From an uncultured virus (IMG/VR IMGVR_UViG_3300007597_000002) (Duplodnaviria > Heunggongvirae > Uroviricota > Caudoviricetes), in the IMG/VR virus record IMGVR_UViG_3300007597_000002: a stretch of 64,000 bases of DNA; one strand, written 5' to 3'. Made by a program: the position numbers and the translations under genes. Below are positions 1 to 7,866 of this stretch, one piece after another (positions within the stretch are counted from its first letter, which is position 1; each line of letters opens with the position of its first letter). The notes below the pieces were generated by a model. That model searched no databases. It was not told the origin of the DNA and worked only from the letters and a program-made list of their open reading frames with translations.

Positions 1-2
1 CC

Positions 3-233
3 TTTCGTTTTGCTGTTGAGTTGCTTGCTTGGGCTATTAGCATTGGTTGTGCGATCACTATGGCTGTCACAGTTCCCAATCCCCCTTTATTGGCTCTTTA
101 TCCTGTTTGGATCTCTGGTTGTGCCATGTACGCTTGGGCTGCTTATACTAGGAAATCATTTGGCATGCTTGTTAACTACCTCTTGTTAGTAGCAATTGAT
201 ATGTTTGGTTTGTTTCGGATGCTTACTCAGTGA
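3..233 (+). CDS. small membrane protein, probably 5'-truncated by the window edge
   Basis: Frame is open from base 3; hydrophobic helices; stop overlaps the next start (GTGA). Confidence 0.7.
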   Translation, partial: FRFAVELLAWAISIGCAITMAVTVPNPPLLALYPVWISGCAMYAWAAYTRKSFGMLVNYLLLVAIDMFGLFRMLTQ

Positions 234-841
234 ATATATTTTATCTTCACGAAGATACTAAAGAATGTGCAAAACAACATCTTGACAAACATGTCGTTAA
301 GATGATTCTAGAATACGCACAACTTTTGTCCACTGCTCATCGTCTTCTTGATGGGTATGAGTATGAAGGTAAGTCTATTTCTGGTCGCAAAGCAATGCGA
401 TGGAAATTAGATGATTCTCGTGAAGATAATTTGTATCTTGCATCGCATATGAAACACCCATCTGGTATTTGGTGTCGTCAATCACAAGATAATTATTGGT
501 GGTTATATAATCTGTGGCGAGATCTTATGAAAGAATATACATTTCGTTATGGTAAGCATCATGTCGCAGAAAGATTGATTCCATTCTTATCTTTTGCGCC
601 AACTAATATAACAGAAAGTATTGCAACTCCAATGCCACAGTGCATGCCAGAGCAATATAAAGTACCAACTGATTCTATTCAAGCATACCACAACTACTAT
701 ATTAATGACAAACAACCATTTGCTGTTTGGACAAATAGACCAATTCCAGAGTGGTATGTTTGTGAGTGGAAAAATAGAAACCACAAAGCAGTATATCAAA
801 AACAAAACGATAAAATAAAATTTAGAATGGTTCCTGCTTAA
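230..841 (+). CDS. pyrimidine-dimer DNA glycosylase / DenV-like family protein
   Basis: N-terminal MNIFYL...DKHVVKMILEYAQLLSTAH, HPS..W, PQCMP and AY.NYY motifs typical of this phage family. Confidence 0.75.
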   Translation: MNIFYLHEDTKECAKQHLDKHVVKMILEYAQLLSTAHRLLDGYEYEGKSISGRKAMRWKLDDSREDNLYLASHMKHPSGIWCRQSQDNYWWLYNLWRDLMKEYTFRYGKHHVAERLIPFLSFAPTNITESIATPMPQCMPEQYKVPTDSIQAYHNYYINDKQPFAVWTNRPIPEWYVCEWKNRNHKAVYQKQNDKIKFRMVPA

Positions 842-1444
842 ATGCAATACATAAATTTATTTCCAACACCATTGTTTATTGATGATCAATTAGTCCTTGC
901 AAAAGAAATTCTACCTGTCGCTGAAGATTATATAAACCAACATGGTATTAAATATCTTGGACAGGAATCGTACGATTCTACTTATAGCATTAACTCTGCA
1001 TCACTTTTGCAACAAAATGATTTTAGATTAAATAAACTTAATAATTATATAAGCACTGTCTCTAGAAAATACTTTGCAGATAATTGTATAGATTCTAGTA
1101 TGTGGACTCTTAAACCATATTATCTGTTTAATAAAATAAAAGCAGGTGGCACTCATCAAGCGCATACCCATCCAGGATCTATACTTTCTGGATGTTTTTA
1201 TTTAAAAGTCCCACAGAATTCTCCACCAATAATTTTTAATGATCCCAGAGTTTACTGGAAATTTATACATTATGCTATTAATTTCGGGAGACCCCGAGAA
1301 GATTATAAATTACTACCTGAGTATGTGATTAATCCGATCGAAGGAACATTTTTAATGTGGCCAAGTTGGTTAGAGCACCAAGTACCTACAAGTATTAGTT
1401 CTGAAGAGCGAATTTGTGTCGCTTTCAATCTTAATCCGAACTAA
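842..1444 (+). CDS. 2OG-Fe(II) oxygenase (TIGR02466-like)
   Basis: LFPTP N-terminus, HxH (HTHPGSILSGCFY), WPSWLEH, RICVAFN. Confidence 0.8.
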   Translation: MQYINLFPTPLFIDDQLVLAKEILPVAEDYINQHGIKYLGQESYDSTYSINSASLLQQNDFRLNKLNNYISTVSRKYFADNCIDSSMWTLKPYYLFNKIKAGGTHQAHTHPGSILSGCFYLKVPQNSPPIIFNDPRVYWKFIHYAINFGRPREDYKLLPEYVINPIEGTFLMWPSWLEHQVPTSISSEERICVAFNLNPN

Positions 1445-1463
1445 ATAAAACGAAGGAGTTATT

Positions 1464-1712
1464 ATGCCAACTTATGTATTTCGTAATAAAGAAACTGGTG
1501 AACAGTTTGAAAAATTGATGAAGATCTCAGAACTCGACTCATTCAGAGCCGACAATCCCCAATTAGAAACAGTAATTCAAGCAGTGTCATTTGGAGATCC
1601 CACTAAATTAAGTTCAACACGTAAATTTGATACTGGATTTAAAGAAGTCCTACAAAGGATACATGAAAAAACTCCAGGAAGTCAATTAGATAAGTCATCT
1701 TCACAACTATAA
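1464..1712 (+). CDS. FmdB-like small protein (Cys-less variant)
   Basis: MPTYVF.N..TGE.FE pattern; AAGGAG SD; CTAAATA motif at 1441-1447. Confidence 0.6.
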   Translation: MPTYVFRNKETGEQFEKLMKISELDSFRADNPQLETVIQAVSFGDPTKLSSTRKFDTGFKEVLQRIHEKTPGSQLDKSSSQL

Positions 1713-1721
1713 GGAATTCTA

Positions 1722-2489
1722 ATGGCTCGTACCACAGCAGCAAAAAAAGTAATAGATCTACATAATGAAGAACGTGAGTCAAAGCCAGTTGCTAGTAATC
1801 AATTAAAATTACGATTAGATAATTTAAAAACATTTCAACCATTAACAGATAATCAAAAAAAATTCTTCGATGCTTATAAACTAGGTGACTACTTTATAGC
1901 ATTGCATGGTGTCGCAGGAACAGGTAAAACTTTTATCGCACTTTATAAAGCAATAGAAGAAGTTCTCGATAAAAATAATCCATTCAATAAAATTATTGTA
2001 GTTCGATCTGCAGTACAATCACGTGAGATGGGACATCTTCCAGGAGATGTAGGTGAGAAGATGGAAATCTATGAACAACCTTATCGTCAAATCTGTCACC
2101 AGTTTTTTGATCGCAAAGATGCATGGGATCGTTTAGAAGAACAGGGTCATATTAGTTTTATCTCTACATCTTTTATTCGTGGTATGTCATTTGATAATGC
2201 TATTATTATTGTTGATGAGATGCAGAACTTAACTTATGAAGAGATTGATACAGTTATGACTCGTGTGGGACATATGTCTAAAATTCTTTGGTGTGGTGAT
2301 TATCGTCAAACTGATCTAAATAAGAAACGTAATGATATGTCAGGTATTCTTAAATTCTTTGATATCGCTCAGCATATGAAAGCATTTACTCGTATTGAGT
2401 TTACTGTAGACGATATTGTTCGGTCATCCTTAGTCAAGGATTATATTTTGGCTAAACTAAAATACGAAGATTACGAGGACAGAAAATGA
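1722..2489 (+). CDS. phoH: PhoH-family ATPase
   Basis: GVAGTGKT Walker A, GHLPG, RGMSF, IIVDEMQN, GDYRQTD. Confidence 0.92.
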   Translation: MARTTAAKKVIDLHNEERESKPVASNQLKLRLDNLKTFQPLTDNQKKFFDAYKLGDYFIALHGVAGTGKTFIALYKAIEEVLDKNNPFNKIIVVRSAVQSREMGHLPGDVGEKMEIYEQPYRQICHQFFDRKDAWDRLEEQGHISFISTSFIRGMSFDNAIIIVDEMQNLTYEEIDTVMTRVGHMSKILWCGDYRQTDLNKKRNDMSGILKFFDIAQHMKAFTRIEFTVDDIVRSSLVKDYILAKLKYEDYEDRK

Positions 2490-3106
2490 TAACATCAGAA
2501 CAATTTCACCATCTATTTCCAAGAGCACAAGACCCAACATCATGGGCAGAGTCTATGTGTAATGTATTTCCAACATATGATATAACAACACCAAAACGTG
2601 TGGCAGCATTCCTCGCTCAGTGCGGTCATGAGTCTGGTGGTTGGACAGTGTTTGAAGAAAACCTTAACTATTCAGCACAAGGATTAAATGGTATCTTCAA
2701 GAAGTATTTTCCTACACTTGAATCTGCACAACCTTATGCACGCAAACCAGAAATGATTGCCAATAAGATCTATGCTAATCGTATGGGTAATGGCGCACCA
2801 GAATCAGGTGATGGATATAGGTTTCGTGGTCGTGGACCAATTCAACTAACTGGTCGTGCAAACTATACAGCATTTGCTAAAGAGATGTTTGAAGACTGGC
2901 AGAATGTGGTAGATAATCCTGACTGGGTTACTGCTGATCGTGATTTTGCTCTTATGTCAGCTATTTGGTTCTGGAATAAAAATGGACTAAACAAAGAAGC
3001 AGACGCAGGTGATCTAAAATTAATGACCAAAAAGATTAATGGTGGTTACATTGGACTTGAAGATCGCATTAAACATTATAATGAGTGTATTGATTTACTT
3101 ACCTAA
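2486..3106 (+). CDS. glycoside hydrolase family 19 endolysin
   Basis: AFLAQCGHESGG, ENLNYS, FRGRGPIQLTGRANY, SAIWFW, TKKINGG. Confidence 0.9.
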   Translation: MITSEQFHHLFPRAQDPTSWAESMCNVFPTYDITTPKRVAAFLAQCGHESGGWTVFEENLNYSAQGLNGIFKKYFPTLESAQPYARKPEMIANKIYANRMGNGAPESGDGYRFRGRGPIQLTGRANYTAFAKEMFEDWQNVVDNPDWVTADRDFALMSAIWFWNKNGLNKEADAGDLKLMTKKINGGYIGLEDRIKHYNECIDLLT

Positions 3107-3756
3107 TGCCAACATTTATACATCATGATCTTCCCAAATTGGAACGTACCGACTCTAACCAAGTTAGACTTTACAAAACCCCGTCGGGTCGAGCCTATCC
3201 AAGCATCACCACCATTACAGGACTCCACTCAAAACAAGGAATCCTCGAATGGCGAAAAAGAGTCGGAGAAGCAGAAGCAAATAGAATCTCCAGCCAAGCA
3301 AGTAAACGTGGAACAAAAGTCCATGGATATTGTGAATCATATCTCCGCAGTGAACTCTGTGAACCTGACACGTTCGATTCAGAGATATTTGGAAGAATTA
3401 GACCCTACCTCGAAAAAATAGATAACATACATGCATTAGAAACACCATTGTATTCTGATCATCTTGAGGTTGCTGGGACTGTTGATTGTATTGCTGAGTA
3501 TGAAGGTAAACTTTCAGTTATTGATTTTAAAACTTCAAGCAAACCAAAGACTAGAGATCACATCCATGGCTATTTTATGCAGACTGCAGCATATGCTGTG
3601 GCATTCGAAGAACTAACAGGAATTCCAGTAGGAAGACTGGTTATCATAATGGGTATAGACGATAATCCGACAAAAATATTTGTCGAAAAAAGAGATGACT
3701 GGATCGATGGATTTAAAAGTCTAAGATTAGAATATAAAAGTAAACATGGAATCTAA
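3106..3756 (+). CDS. PD-(D/E)XK exonuclease of T4-like phages
   Basis: YPSITT, RGTKVH, AGTVDCIA, IDFKTS, YFMQ..AYA. Confidence 0.85.
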   Translation: MPTFIHHDLPKLERTDSNQVRLYKTPSGRAYPSITTITGLHSKQGILEWRKRVGEAEANRISSQASKRGTKVHGYCESYLRSELCEPDTFDSEIFGRIRPYLEKIDNIHALETPLYSDHLEVAGTVDCIAEYEGKLSVIDFKTSSKPKTRDHIHGYFMQTAAYAVAFEELTGIPVGRLVIIMGIDDNPTKIFVEKRDDWIDGFKSLRLEYKSKHGI

Positions 3757-4213
3757 TATTAATTTTTTTGAGCATGTATTATCTAATGATGACTGTCAGA
3801 CATTAATAAATTATTTACTAAATGATACTCCATCAGCAGTTTCATTAGATTATAATAATTTAAAAAGAACACGAGTATTAGAGCATTACATTGTTATTGA
3901 TCTAAGTAAAAAATTAAATATCAATTTTGATCGAGCGTTTTTAATGCATTATAATGCAGGAATTGGTTCCGTATTACATAATGATAACTATTCGATTGAA
4001 GAATCACGAGAAGTATTTAATGCATGGAAATCTTCTGCTGTTGTGTTTTTAAATCAAGAATTCGATGGTGGAGAATTGATTTATCCAAATCAGGGGATTA
4101 CTATAAAACCAGTAACAGGTAATATGGTAATTGCACCAGCAGATGAAAGCGCACCACACTTCGTGAGTCCATCATCTTCAGATAGATATGTATTAGTATT
4201 AAGAATTATTTGA
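3746..4213 (+). CDS. 2OG-Fe(II) oxygenase (prolyl-hydroxylase-like)
   Basis: LHND (HxD), FLN..FDGGEL, PHFV, RYVL. Confidence 0.75.
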   Translation: MESNINFFEHVLSNDDCQTLINYLLNDTPSAVSLDYNNLKRTRVLEHYIVIDLSKKLNINFDRAFLMHYNAGIGSVLHNDNYSIEESREVFNAWKSSAVVFLNQEFDGGELIYPNQGITIKPVTGNMVIAPADESAPHFVSPSSSDRYVLVLRII

Positions 4214-4238
4214 CACGTAAGAATATATAATGTATAAT
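4210..4238 (+). promoter_or_regulatory. consensus sigma70 promoter driving the tmRNA precursor
   Basis: TTGACA 4210-4215, 17 bp spacer, TATAAT 4233-4238. Confidence 0.9.
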
Positions 4239-4244
4239 TGTGAT

Positions 4245-4581
4245 ATTGCTGTATGAAGCAAAGAGAAAAGTGTTCTGGACGGGAGTTCGATTCTCCCCAC
4301 CTCCACCAAAAAGATAATTATGAAAAATAGATATACCGCATTGTGTCCAACTTGTTTTATTAGATTTCAGTGGATAAAGGACAATGGGTTATCGAAACAT
4401 AAGTGTCTTTCTGATGGGGGTGACTAGGTTTCGACAGGGCAACAAGTAAATGCGTGGACAGCACGAGACAGATACTCGTTAAAAGTAAAAAACCGTAAAC
4501 GCAAACGACGCACAGTTCGCATTAGCAGCCTAAACACTGCTTAGGGTTTCGGTAGGTTTCCTCGTAACAGAATAACCTACC
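4245..4581 (+). ncRNA. ssrA: circularly permuted (two-piece) tmRNA: acceptor piece ~4245-4308, intervening segment 4309-4415, coding piece 4416-~4581
   Basis: T-arm GGGAG-TTCGATT-CTCCC (4281-4297), then CACCTCC-A-CCA (4298-4308), lie upstream of the 5' strand GGGGGTG (4416-4422). They pair 7/7 with the G3.U70 alanine identity pair. Tag frame 4501-4533 encodes ANDAQFALAA*. Closing hairpin GGTAGGTT/AACCTACC at 4551-4581. Confidence 0.93.
4320..4427 (+). CDS. putative 35-aa CxxC/HxC micro-protein in the tmRNA intervening segment
   Basis: Manual translation: MKNRYTALCPTCFIRFQWIKDNGLSKHKCLSDGGD*. Not in the ORF track; only a weak SD. Confidence 0.45.
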   Translation: MKNRYTALCPTCFIRFQWIKDNGLSKHKCLSDGGD

Positions 4582-4652
4582 ACTTTATTATGCCAGCCAC
4601 GTAGTGTGCCAGCCATATAATTTTAACCTTATTACAACTTATAGGAAAATAA

Positions 4653-5216
4653 ATGAAATTGAAACTTATCACTGCTGCTTCTCTAGTAGCATTCTCTGCA
4701 ATGGCAAGCGCACAGTCATCTGTAACTGCAACATATGGTGTTAAAGAAGCAAATGTTACAAGTGTGCAGAGCCATGTAACGAACATGTCTGTTAAGACTC
4801 GTGCATTTACCAATGTCGATCTTGATGCAGGTATCAATACTGAAACTGCTGACGTAGCACGCACTGTTACAAATCGTTATGAAATTGGTGTATCTACAGG
4901 AATGGATCTAACTTCATTTCTTCGTGGTGATGTTCGTCTTGGTACTGGTATGAAGCAAAAATCAGGTGTTCAAGACTTTGGTTACTACTCTGTAGAACCT
5001 GGAGTTACTGCAAAGTTTGGTGATATTAGCACACGTGTAGCATATCGCTATCGTACTGCATATGACTCAAATGTTAATGCTGATACTAGTCAAACTATGC
5101 GTTATAGCGTAGGTTATGCATTAACTAAGAAAGATGCTATCCGACTTGGATATGATGTTCAAAGTGGTGATGGTGCTAACAAGCAAACTACTATCGCTTA
5201 CACTCGCTCATTCTAA
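4653..5216 (+). CDS. small outer-membrane beta-barrel (porin-like) protein
   Basis: Sec signal peptide (MKLK...AMASA), alternating amphipathic strands, C-terminal aromatic BAM signal (AYTRSF). Confidence 0.75.
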   Translation: MKLKLITAASLVAFSAMASAQSSVTATYGVKEANVTSVQSHVTNMSVKTRAFTNVDLDAGINTETADVARTVTNRYEIGVSTGMDLTSFLRGDVRLGTGMKQKSGVQDFGYYSVEPGVTAKFGDISTRVAYRYRTAYDSNVNADTSQTMRYSVGYALTKKDAIRLGYDVQSGDGANKQTTIAYTRSF

Positions 5217-5219
5217 TTT

Positions 5220-5248
5220 AAGAGTTGATGGTCTCTTTAAAACCATCA
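5220..5248 (+). ncRNA. predicted H-type pseudoknot, copy 1
   Basis: AAGAG/CTCTT crossed with TGATGGT/ACCATCA. Confidence 0.5.
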
Positions 5249-5363
5249 TGGATTAGTGAAGTCTTCGCTTGATGTTAGCAACCGATCACCCAATGGTATC
5301 TTGTACTAACTTATAGTGGCAACATTAATATTGTCAATTTATTTTTAATTGTTAGGATATGAT

Positions 5364-5600
5364 ATGAAATCACTTATCGCATTGGTAGCATTGGCATTCG
5401 CATCACTTTCTTTTGCAGCTGAACCTGTTAAGAAAGAAGAATCAAAGGCTCCAGCAAAAACTGAAGCAAACTGCGTAACTAAAGATAAATCTGGTAAGTG
5501 TCCACCTGCTCCAAAGTCTGAAAAGCCTACTCCTAAAAAAGTAGAACATAAAGACGAAAAGAAAGCAGACGCACCAAAAGCAGAAGCCGTAAAGAAGTAA
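5364..5600 (+). CDS. secreted Lys/Ala/Pro/Glu-rich low-complexity protein
   Basis: Signal peptide MKSLIALVALAFASLSFA; AGGA SD; one Cys pair. Confidence 0.75.
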   Translation: MKSLIALVALAFASLSFAAEPVKKEESKAPAKTEANCVTKDKSGKCPPAPKSEKPTPKKVEHKDEKKADAPKAEAVKK

Positions 5601-5623
5601 CAATTCCTAAATAATTGTTACAG

Positions 5624-5652
5624 TGGGTTGAAGGATCCCAATAAAACCTTCA
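5624..5652 (+). ncRNA. predicted H-type pseudoknot, copy 2
   Basis: TGGG/CCCA crossed with TGAAGG/CCTTCA; 10 nt downstream of CTAAATA (5607-5613). Confidence 0.5.
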
Positions 5653-5682
5653 TTTTACACACACAACACAAAGGAGTATTTT

Positions 5683-5958
5683 ATGTCAAATCTGACACCA
5701 TTCGAAATTCGTCTTGAACTATTAAAAATGGCCAAAGACATGTTAAATGATGATTATTATGGGAAGCGTGAGGTTATTAGCAATGTTTGGCAATCCAAAC
5801 TAGAAATTGCTAAAATCAATGGTGGTGAGTTGCCCGAACATCCAGGGTTTCCAACTTATCCATCAGAAGCTGAAATCATTTCAAAAGCACAAGTGCTTAA
5901 TGGTTTCGTTTCAAACATCCCAAATATAGATACAAAGACTAGCAAAAAGTCTGCCTGA
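5683..5958 (+). CDS. hypothetical protein of T4-like phages
   Basis: Strong AAGGAG SD; PFEIRLELLKMAK N-terminus. Confidence 0.75.
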   Translation: MSNLTPFEIRLELLKMAKDMLNDDYYGKREVISNVWQSKLEIAKINGGELPEHPGFPTYPSEAEIISKAQVLNGFVSNIPNIDTKTSKKSA

Positions 5959-5967
5959 TCGGGATAG

Positions 5968-5990
5968 GAGAAGTGCATTTTGCACTTCTC
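5968..5990 (+). terminator. stem-loop, possible terminator or processing hairpin
   Basis: GAGAAGTGCA-TTT-TGCACTTCTC perfect 10 bp stem; weak U-tract. Confidence 0.5.
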
Positions 5991-6011
5991 TCTAACTTTA
6001 AAAGGAGAACT

Positions 6012-6572
6012 ATGCGACAATATCGTTTATATGTTCCAATCATACTATTAATACTATGTTTAAGTTTTTATTTGAATTCAGTACTATCAAGTAAAGACAT
6101 TTATTTAAAGATTAACTATTCACAGTTAACACCAGAATCTCAAGAACAAGTGCGTTGTCTTGCAGACAACATTTATTATGAGGCTGGCTATGAGCCAGAT
6201 GATGGTAAACTTGCAGTCGCACTCGTCACAATGAATCGTTTACAAGATCCAAGATATCCAAAAGATATTTGCTCTGTAGTCAAACAAAAGGTAAGATCAA
6301 CATGTCAGTTTAGTTGGTTCTGCGAAAACGTAAAAGCCAAAAGAAATGAAGTATACAATAAAGCAATGGAAGTTGCTCTTGATGTCTATGCTAATTATGA
6401 GAAGCTGACAGACATCACGTATGGTGCATTATTTTATCATGCTGATTACGTCAATCCAAGATGGAAGTTAGAAAAGACGACTGTTATCGGTAGACATATT
6501 TTTTATAAAGAAAGTGAAAGAAAAGATGATGCAAAAAATGAACATTCAACTAAAGGAAGATCAGTCTTCTAA
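6012..6572 (+). CDS. SleB/Hydrolase_2 cell-wall hydrolase with N-terminal anchor
   Basis: CLADNIYYEA, AVALVTMNR, CQFSW, ALFYHADYVNPRW, IGRHIFY; start moved to the ATG after AAGGAG. Confidence 0.88.
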   Translation: MRQYRLYVPIILLILCLSFYLNSVLSSKDIYLKINYSQLTPESQEQVRCLADNIYYEAGYEPDDGKLAVALVTMNRLQDPRYPKDICSVVKQKVRSTCQFSWFCENVKAKRNEVYNKAMEVALDVYANYEKLTDITYGALFYHADYVNPRWKLEKTTVIGRHIFYKESERKDDAKNEHSTKGRSVF

Positions 6573-7086
6573 ACATTCCTTCTTCTTACTAATGGAAGAA
6601 GTTACGTTGACTAGTGTGAAACAAGCAGTTGAGTGGATATTCGAAGCCAACTTCTCTGAAGAACCACCTGAACTAATGAATTTAATCATTACAAGTCCAG
6701 GTGGTGATTTAAATGCTGCATTTGCATTGATTGATACTATTCGTGGTTCTTCAATTCCAGTTAGAACAATTGGACTTGGACAAGTTGCCTCAGCAGGATT
6801 GATGATCTTTATTGCAGGACATAAAGGACATCGTCTGCTGACACCAAATACATCAATACTCTCGCATCAATACTCTTGGGGTGCGTTTGGTAAAGAACAT
6901 GAACTGTTCGCTACTGTGAAAGAGTTTGATTTAACTACCAAGAAGATGATTTCCCATTACAAAAAATGTACTGGGTTATCAGAAACAAAAATTCGAGAAG
7001 TGCTATTGCCACCTCAGGATATCTGGCTTAGTGCTATCGAAGCAAAAAAGTTAGGACTCTGCGATGACATTAAAGAACTTTCTTAA
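6526..7086 (+). CDS. clpP: ClpP-family serine protease
   Basis: ITSPGG, GQVASAG (catalytic Ser), ILSHQ (His), QDIWLSAIEA..LGL.D (Asp). Exact start uncertain (6514-6538). Confidence 0.85.
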   Translation: MMQKMNIQLKEDQSSKHSFFLLMEEVTLTSVKQAVEWIFEANFSEEPPELMNLIITSPGGDLNAAFALIDTIRGSSIPVRTIGLGQVASAGLMIFIAGHKGHRLLTPNTSILSHQYSWGAFGKEHELFATVKEFDLTTKKMISHYKKCTGLSETKIREVLLPPQDIWLSAIEAKKLGLCDDIKELS

Positions 7087-7255
7087 TTATTGTAAGTATT
7101 CTGGTGTATGGATTTCTCTCACATTAAATCCATATCACTGGAGATTATCATTTGACTACACAAAACCAGATGATATGGATCCAAGTTTATATTCTATCCA
7201 TATCAGCATTGCGCCATTATCAATAAAATTTGTATTGGATGATGGATCATGGTAA
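7064..7255 (+). CDS. hypothetical protein
   Basis: 63-aa ORF in operon context. Confidence 0.6.
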   Translation: MTLKNFLNYCKYSGVWISLTLNPYHWRLSFDYTKPDDMDPSLYSIHISIAPLSIKFVLDDGSW

Positions 7256-7305
7256 CAGGAATTTTTACAAAACTTAAACCACCTTCTTTTTTAAAGGAAC
7301 TTATT

Positions 7306-7545
7306 ATGTCAGATAATGTTTTTATCATTTCAATTGCACTTGCTGTTTTGACTGCGATTTGCGCACTTGGTCACGATTCATATGTTTCAACAAAATCTAT
7401 TGAAAGAAACATTGAATCCGCTATCGTTAAAGGTATCGATCCATTAGCTGTTCGTTGTGCTTATGCTAAACGAGATGACACTATTTGTATCGTTTATGCA
7501 TCTTCACACAACTCACCCTCCAGTTTGTCTAGTTCTAAAAAGTAA
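7306..7545 (+). CDS. small single-TM membrane protein
   Basis: AAGGA SD before ATG 7306; N-terminal TM; GIDPLAVRCAY. Confidence 0.65.
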   Translation: MSDNVFIISIALAVLTAICALGHDSYVSTKSIERNIESAIVKGIDPLAVRCAYAKRDDTICIVYASSHNSPSSLSSSKK

Positions 7546-7564
7546 TACTTTAGGATTCTAGCCG

Positions 7565-7594
7565 ATACCCCTCATCTTTTGAGGGGTATTTTTC
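7565..7594 (+). terminator. Rho-independent terminator
   Basis: ATACCCCTCA-TCTTT-TGAGGGGTAT followed by a T-run. Confidence 0.85.
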
Positions 7595-7633
7595 CTTGTA
7601 GAATCAACAACTTACCCTCTCTCCAGAAAGTTG

Positions 7634-7662
7634 TTGTCTTTAATCGACCTTTGGAGCATAAT
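7634..7662 (+). promoter_or_regulatory. sigma70-type early promoter
   Basis: TTGTCT-17 bp-CATAAT directly after a terminator. Confidence 0.6.
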
Positions 7663-7692
7663 ATATCTTATAGTGAATGAGAAAGGTTTATT

Positions 7693-7866
7693 ATGAGTCG
7701 AATGGCTGAATTAGACATGGAAATAAACGATGCGTTAGATGCACATCGTGGTCCAGAAAATTGGATGTCCTGCGAGGAAATTGCATTTCAATTGGAAATT
7801 CCAGTTGAGTTGGTGCATCAGGTTGTTGAAAACAGATGGAACATTTTGATTGGAGAATCAGTATGA
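7693..7866 (+). CDS. 57-aa putative helix-turn-helix protein (below the ORF-track cutoff)
   Basis: MSRMAELDMEINDALDAHRGPENWMSCEEIAFQLEIPVELVHQVVENRWNILIGESV*; GAAAGG SD; ATGA overlap with the next gene. Confidence 0.7.
   Translation: MSRMAELDMEINDALDAHRGPENWMSCEEIAFQLEIPVELVHQVVENRWNILIGESV

Noticed and set aside
3106..3756. Cas4/CRISPR system
   Set aside because: Lacks the four-Cys cluster; no repeat-spacer array or cas genes seen; this is a common T4-like exonuclease.
4271..4308. tRNA gene or integration-site tRNA fragment
   Set aside because: No anticodon or D arm upstream; its pairing partner lies downstream at 4416 together with a tag frame, so it is the acceptor piece of a permuted tmRNA.
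5220..5652. Assignment of the pseudoknots to a known riboswitch (preQ1-I, SAM-II)
   Set aside because: Topology is similar, but I could not match the conserved ligand-binding nucleotides; left unassigned.
5657..5671. ACACACACAACACA microsatellite
   Set aside because: Short; best explained as an unstructured A/C-rich translational leader before AAGGAG.
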